Source: a virus
Direction: 5' to 3' (one strand)
Virus record (IMG/VR): IMGVR_UViG_3300029267_000581
Location: 1-64,000 of that record
DNA: 64,000 nucleotides
The position numbers and the translations under genes were made by a program. Shown here piece by piece: positions 53,548 through 61,734 of the stretch (the first letter of the stretch is position 1; every line of letters starts with the position of its first letter). Below the pieces are notes generated by a model, which ran no database searches, was not told the origin of the DNA, and worked only from the letters and a program-made list of their open reading frames with translations.

Positions 53548-54799
53548 CTCTCCTCCTTCTCACCGCACGCTCATAGACCTCAAGCGTCTTGTCAGCGGCA
53601 ACATCCCATGTGAAATCCCGAACACGGCGCAGACCCAGTGCCCTGAGTTCCGCTCGAACCGTGCTCCTTCTAAGAACCTTCAGAGCCGCAAGGATGGCCT
53701 CGGGGCTCTCTGCTGGTATGATCATGGCGTACTCGTCCTCGCCGTCGCAGACGATCTCACCAAGACCATCTACCTCTGTTGCGATGAGAGGACAGCCCAT
53801 CGCCATAGCCTCCAAGGCAACGATACCGAAGGGCTCGTGAGTCGAGGGCATCAGTACACAGTCAGCCGCCGCGTACAGATCGCGCAAAGCCTGTCCGTGT
53901 TGGAACCCGACCCAGCGCAACCTCTCCGGGTGGGCGCTCTCCAACGCCTTTATGCGTTTAGTGACCTCCCACCTATCCTTGTCCTCCTCGGTATTTGCGT
54001 TGACCTCTCCAGCCAGGACTACTTGCCAACCTGGATCAGCGTACTCCAGAGCATCCAGAAGGTACGTGATCCCCTTCATCTCAGCAATTCGCCCAACGAA
54101 CAAAGCGATCAGCCTGCCGGGAACAGGGAAACCCTGAGAGAAGTGCAGAGAATGATCGTACACAGATCGCTCCCCATCCCCTGCGTCGGGATTCCACAGC
54201 TCCGTGTCGATGCCGTTGTAGATCATGTTGATCGGACGCTCCACAAGGAAGTGCTTACGAACTATGTCGACGTAAGCGTTACTGCACAGGATGAACTCGT
54301 CTGGGTCGCAGACGAGGTTACCTTCCTGTTGCATCATGTAGAGGTCGGCCTCACCCCAGCTAGCCGGGTTTGATGCCGGGTCCGAGATCATCGACAGGTA
54401 ACTTATACAGAGGTGCATCGTACCGACCAGAGGGAGCCCGAGGGCGTTCTGGCACAGGCGACCGAGCTGAACAGAGGTCCACTCGTGCATGTGGATCACG
54501 TCCCAGTCGCCACCGGCTCGTAGCCTGTCGGCAATAAGCCGTGTCAGAGCCTTCGCAACCTGGATGTCGTTGATGTACCTGCAACTGATGTCCGGTCGTC
54601 TCGGCTTCCAGCAAATCAGCTTGTCGTCGTGGTGTTTGCGGAAGCCGAGATAGTCCTTTGAACCGTCGAGTGTGCTGGAGGTTACGAGGTCCACGTCCAC
54701 ACCCTTCTTCGCAAGGGCTCTGTAGATCTCGCGGACGTGCATCCCCATACCGCCAAGAATCTCCTCGGGGTCCTCGTAGCAAATGGCAAGAACTCTCAT
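53504..54799 (-). CDS. GT-B fold glycosyltransferase, family 4-like
   Basis: MRVLAICYE...GGMGMHV N-terminus and the EPFGIVALEAMAMGCPLIAT E-x7-E motif. Confidence 0.8.
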   Translation of the reverse strand: MRVLAICYEDPEEILGGMGMHVREIYRALAKKGVDVDLVTSSTLDGSKDYLGFRKHHDDKLICWKPRRPDISCRYINDIQVAKALTRLIADRLRAGGDWDVIHMHEWTSVQLGRLCQNALGLPLVGTMHLCISYLSMISDPASNPASWGEADLYMMQQEGNLVCDPDEFILCSNAYVDIVRKHFLVERPINMIYNGIDTELWNPDAGDGERSVYDHSLHFSQGFPVPGRLIALFVGRIAEMKGITYLLDALEYADPGWQVVLAGEVNANTEEDKDRWEVTKRIKALESAHPERLRWVGFQHGQALRDLYAAADCVLMPSTHEPFGIVALEAMAMGCPLIATEVDGLGEIVCDGEDEYAMIIPAESPEAILAALKVLRRSTVRAELRALGLRRVRDFTWDVAADKTLEVYERAVRRRRDACPAEESNRAAAR

Positions 54800-55317
54800 G
54801 ACCATAGCTCCACTTCTCCTCGTGCGTCCAGCGTTCTGTTCCCAGCCGAGTAGTTCGTCCAGGTAAGACGCAAGACACGCGAAGATGGTCCTGTTGCGGG
54901 TAGATACGCCTCTGTCAGAGATATATCCGCCCCACCACTGCTGAACACTTTGTGGCTGAGATTCAGCGCAGCCGCCGCCTTGGTGTAGATGGCATTGTAC
55001 GAGGTAGAGATCAGGTTACCATGCCCACCAAGAGACATGGAAGAAGCCTCAAGAGAACTGCGCCCAACGACAACAAGAGCGCCAGCCATACCGCCAGCAA
55101 GTTCTGTCACACGGGCTGATCGAAGATGGATCACCGCAGCCACGATGTCGTAGGGCACCGAGATGTCCCAGTCGGAAGGCCCACCGGGCAGCGGTGGAAC
55201 TACCAGTGACGTATTGCTGATCGTCATGTTGTACGGACGTCGGTGGTGTTGTTCGGCAAGTACGTTCGACAAAGCCGAGTGGAGTGTAGGGTGCTCCAGA
55301 TATGACTGTAGCCTCAT
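54796..55317 (-). CDS. Small beta-rich protein, tandem paralogue 3 of 3 (fibre-tip/accessory candidate)
   Basis: 173 aa. It starts MRL, carries an N-terminal (E/D)(Q/D)HH motif and overlaps its neighbours by ATGA. Confidence 0.6.
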   Translation of the reverse strand: MRLQSYLEHPTLHSALSNVLAEQHHRRPYNMTISNTSLVVPPLPGGPSDWDISVPYDIVAAVIHLRSARVTELAGGMAGALVVVGRSSLEASSMSLGGHGNLISTSYNAIYTKAAAALNLSHKVFSSGGADISLTEAYLPATGPSSRVLRLTWTNYSAGNRTLDARGEVELWS

Positions 55318-55793
55318 TTCACCACCACGCTTCCGTAGCAGACCAAGTTCTGATTGAATGGACGGATGTTGTAGAACGCAAAGACGAGGTTCGTTCCTGA
55401 TATGTAGACATCGTTGAGACGGATGCTACCACCGAAATCGGTGTGACTCAGGTACGTGTCCCCGTGCAGACGTGAGTACCCACCCACGTAACTCTGCGTA
55501 CCGGACGGATATGGGCGAATCCCGACAGACGAACTCTTGGCAGCCGTGTTGAACGCCTGGAAGAACAGACCGGTATGCCCCTGAATGTCTACACTGACGC
55601 TCCCACGAAGAATGCCCCTGACACTACGACAGCCACTTTTGCCAAGAGCTACGTTGTAGATGTATGTGCCAGGAGGAATCGACAGACTGTTCACAATGAT
55701 GCGGAAGACCTCGGTGGTTGGATGATGGTCTTCCGCACCGACCCCCATGATGAGGTCGTGATCTGTAGCAACGAAATCTCCTTCTAACCTCAT
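55314..55793 (-). CDS. Small beta-rich protein, tandem paralogue 2 of 3
   Basis: 159 aa with MRLEGDF...AEDHHPTT...PPGT. Confidence 0.6.
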   Translation of the reverse strand: MRLEGDFVATDHDLIMGVGAEDHHPTTEVFRIIVNSLSIPPGTYIYNVALGKSGCRSVRGILRGSVSVDIQGHTGLFFQAFNTAAKSSSVGIRPYPSGTQSYVGGYSRLHGDTYLSHTDFGGSIRLNDVYISGTNLVFAFYNIRPFNQNLVCYGSVVVK

Positions 55794-56305
55794 GTCACCT
55801 CCGCATGACCCTTCACCGATAGTGTAGCACTACCGCCGAAATAATTTTGGAAGGTAAGCCGCAATGTCGAACCGATTATCTGGGCGTCCTTCAGCGCAAT
55901 GTACCTACTACCGGGGTTCGTCACAGTATCGAAGATCTTATGCGTCAGGTTCGTAACCCCCACAGCCTTCGCATAGGTCACGACATAAGACTTGTAGATG
56001 CTTCCGGTGTTTCGGACGCTGTGGCCTATTGCGTCTGAAAGCGTAGTTGTTACGTACACAATGGCGCACTCACGCCACTTCGTAGCTGACCCACCACCCG
56101 AGATTGCTGGCCCCTCCAGGTACACCCTAGCCAACCTGAAATCGGAGTGGGGCAGAGTGACGTCCAGATTGAATGACGTACCTGGAGGCAGCGATGTCGT
56201 AGTGTCCGAAAAGCTGACGTAATTCGGAGCAGGATGGTGGTCGTCGACAGTGATCGCTGACAGATCAGCATGATCCCGTAGGTTGAAACCACCAGGCAGC
56301 CTCAT
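55790..56305 (-). CDS. Small beta-rich protein, tandem paralogue 1 of 3
   Basis: 171 aa with MRLPGGF...VDDHHPAP...PPGT. Confidence 0.6.
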   Translation of the reverse strand: MRLPGGFNLRDHADLSAITVDDHHPAPNYVSFSDTTTSLPPGTSFNLDVTLPHSDFRLARVYLEGPAISGGGSATKWRECAIVYVTTTLSDAIGHSVRNTGSIYKSYVVTYAKAVGVTNLTHKIFDTVTNPGSRYIALKDAQIIGSTLRLTFQNYFGGSATLSVKGHAEVT

Positions 56306-57930
56306 GTCAGCCTCACTCCCCAGACCTCGATGTCGTGCGTATTCGACCCGAGGTGGTCGGTGAAGTTGTAGTGGAACTCTTGCGTACCGTCCTCATCCTC
56401 GTAGGTGAGGTCAAGCCATGCCTCGTAATCACCCTCACGTCGGACGAGGATTGCCTTCGGGTCCGTGGTGTAGTCATCTCTTGCATACACCGTCAGCGTC
56501 CACGACAGAGCAGAGGTCTCGACCCGTACTCGCTTGAGCAGAACCTTGTCCTCAAACCCTGTGATGGAGTTGTTGCCCTCGGCCACTCCGGTATCAGTCA
56601 CATTGACCAGTTCTGCGCCTGGTACACTCATGGTCAGTCCTCCCGCCCCGTCAGAGACGGGCACAGTACCAGCGGGTCCGGCTGTCGTCAGGGCCTCGAT
56701 GTGAGCACCCGCCACGGAGACATGCTCCGTTCCGTTGACAGTCTTGGTGCCAGACAGCTCACCGATGAACGCATTGAGGGTTGATCCGACAGCGATCACG
56801 TAGGCTGTCGTCGCCGCAAGTCGAGCGATGACAAGCTCCATGGAGCCCCCACCAGCACCGACGTTGAGACCCGTACCGTTGCCAACACCGCCACCAGTCT
56901 CGAGGATATGCGCGACATAACCCTCGGTCGTACCCGTCGAGAACCTGGCGATTGCAGTACCAGTACCCTGGATGTAGATGTCCTCGCACTTGACATGGAC
57001 ATGGCCTTGTGCCGATGAGGCGTCACCGATACCAAAGCCGTTTTCAAGGTAGGTCTGCTTGACCTCGTACATGAGCACAGAGCCAACACCGACGTTGAGA
57101 GCAGCGATGGCTGTACCAGTGACCTCGACCCGATCTGCCTCAAACCGGGATGTCCCCGAGCCCGAGAGCTTGGAGACTGCGAACCCAGAGGTGACCTTGT
57201 AGACCTCGCGAACCTTGCAGTCTACGTTGTCGTTCAAGGTGATTGTCCCCTCGATGCGGGCGGCTGGAGCCCACAGGGACACCCACGACGGCAGCGTTAT
57301 GTTCTCGGCGTAGATACCCGCGTCGATGACGCAGACCTTGAACCGATTGGTCGAGCTTGGCCCCTGCGCGACAGCCGCCGAGATGGCGCTCGCTATCGTC
57401 TCCTTCGCATAGGAGAATGACCTACCGCTGGCGGCGTCGTCTCCGTGCTTCCCGACGAAGTAGACCTGATCCGCAGACCAGGCTCCAGCGGGGGTCAGCA
57501 TTGAGAGCCCACCGGCCCCATCGGCAGTGGGAACCTGTCCAGCTACCGCGCTGGCTGTTGCGAGGTTCTCCACGCTGATCTCGTCAGTCCCCCCATCGCT
57601 GTGCGAAGCGGCGTGAGCCAGCGGAGTCTGGGGGTCCGCTAGGAGCCCAGCAAGGTCTGTGACGTCGATCTCGTCGACACCCCCATCCTCGTGCGTTATG
57701 GCGTGGAGTCCCACAGGAGCAGCCCCCATGTTGAGATTTCCAGCACCATCAGAGACCGGGACAGTACCAGCAGCACCCGAGGTGTTCAGCTCTTCGATGT
57801 CTCGGGCGAAGAGGTCCGTTGCCCTCATGAGGAACTCAAGGAACATGCGCTTGTCTATGTACGGAACCTTAGTCACAGCGGAGGATAGCCGCTGCAACAT
57901 ATCTTCAAGGATTGAATCGCGAATGCCCAT
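56302..57930 (-). CDS. Tail fibre/tailspike with repeated H..DGG.DEI motifs and a beta-helix-like body
   Basis: About 542 aa from MGIRDSIL. LHAITHEDGGVDEIDV and AHAASHSDGGTDEISV are followed by Gly/Thr/Val-rich repeats typical of beta-helix spikes. Confidence 0.6.
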   Translation of the reverse strand: MGIRDSILEDMLQRLSSAVTKVPYIDKRMFLEFLMRATDLFARDIEELNTSGAAGTVPVSDGAGNLNMGAAPVGLHAITHEDGGVDEIDVTDLAGLLADPQTPLAHAASHSDGGTDEISVENLATASAVAGQVPTADGAGGLSMLTPAGAWSADQVYFVGKHGDDAASGRSFSYAKETIASAISAAVAQGPSSTNRFKVCVIDAGIYAENITLPSWVSLWAPAARIEGTITLNDNVDCKVREVYKVTSGFAVSKLSGSGTSRFEADRVEVTGTAIAALNVGVGSVLMYEVKQTYLENGFGIGDASSAQGHVHVKCEDIYIQGTGTAIARFSTGTTEGYVAHILETGGGVGNGTGLNVGAGGGSMELVIARLAATTAYVIAVGSTLNAFIGELSGTKTVNGTEHVSVAGAHIEALTTAGPAGTVPVSDGAGGLTMSVPGAELVNVTDTGVAEGNNSITGFEDKVLLKRVRVETSALSWTLTVYARDDYTTDPKAILVRREGDYEAWLDLTYEDEDGTQEFHYNFTDHLGSNTHDIEVWGVRLT

Positions 57931-57946
57931 GATCTGACTCCGATCA
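57931..57946. repeat. Exact copy 2 of the dispersed 16-bp element GATCTGACTCCGATCA. On the minus strand it reads TGA-TCGGAGTCAGATC-ATG and links the two fibre genes
   Basis: Identical to 14100-14115. Confidence 0.9.
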
Positions 57947-59674
57947 CAGGTTGTTCGCCAGCACGTTACCCGTACCGGTGTCTGTGTAGGTTCCGGCAGA
58001 ACCATTCACGATGTCACGGAAGTTGTTTCCGGTGCAGATACAGTAGTTACCGGATACTCCGATCAACACCGCAGGATTCACACCGACGCCACCACCGACA
58101 TTGTCGCTCTGCCCGACGTTACCCTCGACAATGCTGGCTTCTGTGAGGTTCACGTCAAAGCCGGCTATGCCGCTTCCGCTACAAGTAACAGTGTTTTCGC
58201 AGAACTTGATCCTGTCACCTGTGCGAATCTGGGCGATGTTACCAAACGACCCAGACTTCAGGATGGCAGCCCCGATGCACGATGAGTAGGAGGCTGTGAG
58301 GGCAGCCGCATTGAAACCACTGAGATCAGTGAAGCTGCCACCATTCACGTACATTGGGTTTCCGAATGCCGTCTCAAACGCGAGAGTGCCTTCTGTGGAT
58401 AGACACTCGACGACATGAAATGCTCCAGTCTCGTGTGAACCGCTGAACGAGTCTTGCTTGTAGTGGACGAAGTTCTGCCCACCGACGAATGAAGGATCTG
58501 GCGCACCAAGGCTCTCACAGTTGAGGCACCAGGAGTGTCCATCATACTGCGTCCTGAAAGCCGACGTGACAGCAATGGCGTATGGGTCGAAGCCTGCCCA
58601 GGAGTTCTCGTACTCAACACGGACACGGATGCAGCGAGAGTCGATACCCAGATCCACCATCGAACCCGGCATCTGAAAAACAACCCCTGTTGGGTCGTCT
58701 GCGCCGAGGAATGTCAGATCGCGAAGACACGCTCCAGTGCCGAGCGTGGCTGCACGGGGATCGTCGTAGACAGTCTTGATCGTGACGCACTCCATCCCAG
58801 CCCCGACGACGTTGACGCCCGCAGGAATCAACAATGGACCGAAAGGCCCACCACCAGCCGCAAGGTCGTAAGAACCTGGACGGATGTAGATGTCCGTGCC
58901 AACAGCCACGCCCTCAATTGCTGCGCGGAGAAGGGCTCCGTTCGTCCCATCATACAGGAAGTCGCAATCCGAGGCCGAGTCTCCCATCGCAGAGTTGCCG
59001 ATGATCAGAGTTGGGGCCTGTGCCCCACCACCACCGCCACCAGGAATCGTGACATCGACAGCACCCGCACCGGCTGACGTGACAGTGACACCCGCACCGA
59101 TGAAGTCTATGACAGTTGTGGCGGGGTCGATCTGTATGCCCTCGTCCTGTACCTCAAGCGGACTGCCCCCTCCTCCAGGAGCGATGTCCTCGCGGATCTG
59201 CTTGAGTATCCGGTACAGCTCTCGCTGTGCTCCGTAGGGGTTGTCAGGCCCGAAGTGATCGAGCCAGTTTGCGAAGTCCCTCTCGTTGTAGGCTGGCAGA
59301 TCCCAGTCCCCGAGATTCCCGCCGCCGGATGCAGCTCCGAGAGACGGGTACGACACACCGGCCACGGTGACTGCATACCCCTCGGAGTCATCGCTGAGAC
59401 CGTTCACTCGCAGAGAGACGACGTACCGCCCATACACGTCGGCGTTGAGCGTGCAGGAGTTACCTGTCGCTCCAACGAGCGAAGCTGCCGAACCTGGGGG
59501 GCGTTCGATGAGTGTCCACTGCCACTTGTACGCTCCGATGTCACCATCGGCTGAATTTGCAAACTCGATCTCATCCCCGGCACCTGCGTAGATGGTCAGA
59601 CCACGAAGCGCCTTGCCGGGGGTGGACGACAGCCCTGAATTCGACTGCGAGATCGAGATCTCGGCCTTTGCCAT
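57944..59674 (-). CDS. Tail fibre/tailspike with an N-terminal Ig/PKD-like segment and a beta-helix-like body
   Basis: 576 aa. PLEVQDEGIQIDPATTVIDFIGAGVTVTS is a fibre-like motif, and the protein has poly-Gly linkers. Confidence 0.6.
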   Translation of the reverse strand: MAKAEISISQSNSGLSSTPGKALRGLTIYAGAGDEIEFANSADGDIGAYKWQWTLIERPPGSAASLVGATGNSCTLNADVYGRYVVSLRVNGLSDDSEGYAVTVAGVSYPSLGAASGGGNLGDWDLPAYNERDFANWLDHFGPDNPYGAQRELYRILKQIREDIAPGGGGSPLEVQDEGIQIDPATTVIDFIGAGVTVTSAGAGAVDVTIPGGGGGGAQAPTLIIGNSAMGDSASDCDFLYDGTNGALLRAAIEGVAVGTDIYIRPGSYDLAAGGGPFGPLLIPAGVNVVGAGMECVTIKTVYDDPRAATLGTGACLRDLTFLGADDPTGVVFQMPGSMVDLGIDSRCIRVRVEYENSWAGFDPYAIAVTSAFRTQYDGHSWCLNCESLGAPDPSFVGGQNFVHYKQDSFSGSHETGAFHVVECLSTEGTLAFETAFGNPMYVNGGSFTDLSGFNAAALTASYSSCIGAAILKSGSFGNIAQIRTGDRIKFCENTVTCSGSGIAGFDVNLTEASIVEGNVGQSDNVGGGVGVNPAVLIGVSGNYCICTGNNFRDIVNGSAGTYTDTGTGNVLANNL

Positions 59675-59693
59675 CTATCCTCCTATCTCGGCT

Positions 59694-59710
59694 TGATCGG
59701 CGTCAGATCA
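59694..59710. repeat. Inverted-orientation copy of the dispersed element (TGATCGGCGTCAGATCA). The QueE stop codon lies in its arm
   Basis: Direct reading. It has 1 mismatch to the exact 16-mer when reverse-complemented. Confidence 0.7.
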
Positions 59711-60379
59711 TGGCATGTTCACGAACTTGTGCCACTGAATAGACAACCGGGGCATGAAGCCGAGAGCCATCTGAATGTGTTGTGAGCATCTGAGAGCCAT
59801 CGGGAGGCTCGACTTGATGCCGTCATCCCGCCACTCTGGCTGGATGCAGATTGTCTTCGTCATGACTCTTTTCAGCACCGCGCTCTTCGCGTCAGCGTTG
59901 GGCAGTATACTGAGAATGGAGTCCACAACAGCATCGTTACCAGGCCAACAGCCCGGCACGACGTATTTCAACTCGTCGATGTCGCCGCATCCAAGAACGA
60001 CGTCGGAGTCATGTTTCGGTGAGCACACAACGTGAGCGATACCTTTGAAGTGCCCAAGTACACCCCTGACAGCCCCGTTGGTCTCCAGCATGAACATACC
60101 AAACGTCTCGTTGCGCCACGCGGCTAGAACCTTCGCAAGTTCGATGTCCATGTGTAACAGAGGCTCCCCGCCAGTCAGCATGACAGCGGGGTACTTTCGC
60201 GGGAGGCGTTCTGCGAACTCGTCAGCGTCGAGAATGTACCTCGGGCGTGCAAGGTGTTCGTCACAGAATGGGCACGCGAGGTTACACCCAGCGAAGCGCA
60301 ACAGGCGTACAGGCCAACCTGACATGGCCCCCTCTGCCTGGTACGTGTCCACGATTTCCGATAGCTTGTATTTGCCCAC
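59708..60379 (-). CDS. queE: 7-carboxy-7-deazaguanine synthase (radical SAM QueE)
   Basis: EIVDTYQAEG, FAGCNLACPFCD and LTGGEPLL. The GTG start at 60379 lies 5 nt after GGAGG. Confidence 0.85.
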   Translation of the reverse strand: MGKYKLSEIVDTYQAEGAMSGWPVRLLRFAGCNLACPFCDEHLARPRYILDADEFAERLPRKYPAVMLTGGEPLLHMDIELAKVLAAWRNETFGMFMLETNGAVRGVLGHFKGIAHVVCSPKHDSDVVLGCGDIDELKYVVPGCWPGNDAVVDSILSILPNADAKSAVLKRVMTKTICIQPEWRDDGIKSSLPMALRCSQHIQMALGFMPRLSIQWHKFVNMP

Positions 60380-60461
60380 ATTACCTCCAATGGAACACGT
60401 AGGGGGCGCAGCCAAAGCCGCGCCCCCTACACGTAGTTTGCACAAAGCGATCCGACACAGA

Positions 60462-60842
60462 TCAGATGATGACCAGTGCGTCGATGTCGTCGGCGAGGGT
60501 GTTCAGATCCGCATCGACGCCGATGGTGAACTTCTCGTCGCCGAGAGTGATGCAGTCGGCGGCGGTCCAGGCGGCGGCAGCCACAACCTTCATGGCCGAA
60601 GCGGCGGGCATCCCCTTGATGTGGAAAGCCATCGCGTTCTGGGTGCGGTTGAACAGAATGACTCCGCGAGGGTCACCCTGCGTCTCCACGTCGAGCAGCG
60701 CCCCTGTCCCCGCGATGCCGGTGATGAACTCGACCTGACCGACGTTGGTCAGTGCCTTCATGAGAGGGCGAACGTCGGCATACGGCTTGACGGTGTCGGC
60801 GTCCATCGAGTTGAGAACGTCGCGCATGATGTCGTCGGACAT
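60462..60842 (-). CDS. Hypothetical protein between QueE and the ParB-fold gene
   Basis: 126-aa ORF. Confidence 0.5.
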   Translation of the reverse strand: MSDDIMRDVLNSMDADTVKPYADVRPLMKALTNVGQVEFITGIAGTGALLDVETQGDPRGVILFNRTQNAMAFHIKGMPAASAMKVVAAAAWTAADCITLGDEKFTIGVDADLNTLADDIDALVII

Positions 60843-60882
60843 TGTATCTTCCTTTTCTGAAGGGTTTGCGACCCTGTTGTAC

Positions 60883-61734
60883 TTACTTGTCTTTGCCGAA
60901 GTATTGCTTTATCAGCTTTACGACAGCGCCCGCACGGGTTTCCTCGGCCATGGCTTCACACAGGTCTTCGAGCATGTCTTCGATTTCGTCTGTCCCCGGA
61001 AGGGACAACATGATGGGCATACCCCGAGATGACTCTTTGAGCTGCGTAGAACCACCACCTTCGGCCTCAGCACCAAATCCTCCGATGGAGCTGAAGTCGA
61101 TGTTGCTGAACATATCTTCGTCCGTACCTTCGTCGGAACCTGACCCTGCACCTCCTCCCAACGAGCCCATAGGGGCGAGCGGCTTCAAAGTGCCAGCCTC
61201 GTCAGCACCCACGACGCCGAGTAGCTCTTCCAAAGCATCCTTGTCGCGTGCAGTAGCCGTCGCGATCTCGTTGATCGGAATCTGATCGTCTCGCATCTCG
61301 CGAAGGACCTCGAAAAAGCCCTTCTCGTCCAATTCAGCACTTACGTTGAAACTGAACATAGCAAGGTCGGCGTCAGCCGGAGACACAGATTGACCTTGCT
61401 TGTCAGTGAGAACAACGACCGGAACGGTATCGTATCCACGAGTGCTCAGTTCGTCGATACGGTGGTGCCCGTCGATAAGCTCCCACTCACCAGACGTCTT
61501 GCCTGGAATGACAATGACTGGATCACGAGGTCCGAGCCTGCCGATGGAGTCTTTGAGAGCCTGGAGCTGCAAGTCATCCATCTTACGAAAGCGTGTCTTC
61601 CGCTGCTTGATTGACTTGATGTAGACCTCACCGATCTGCAAGCCGGTCTCAAGCTCGACAAACTCATTCACAGCGAGTTTGCGAGCAGCCTTACTCGTGG
61701 TCTTCTTTTTCTTCTTTTTGCCCGCCTTCTTCAT
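60883..61734 (-). CDS. ParB/Srx-fold N-terminal domain protein (DGHHR motif) with an acidic Gly-rich C-terminal half
   Basis: PVIVIPGKTSGEWELIDGHHRIDEL follows the ParB-like nuclease-domain pattern. It has an ATGA overlap with the DpdA-like gene. Confidence 0.7.
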   Translation of the reverse strand: MKKAGKKKKKKTTSKAARKLAVNEFVELETGLQIGEVYIKSIKQRKTRFRKMDDLQLQALKDSIGRLGPRDPVIVIPGKTSGEWELIDGHHRIDELSTRGYDTVPVVVLTDKQGQSVSPADADLAMFSFNVSAELDEKGFFEVLREMRDDQIPINEIATATARDKDALEELLGVVGADEAGTLKPLAPMGSLGGGAGSGSDEGTDEDMFSNIDFSSIGGFGAEAEGGGSTQLKESSRGMPIMLSLPGTDEIEDMLEDLCEAMAEETRAGAVVKLIKQYFGKDK

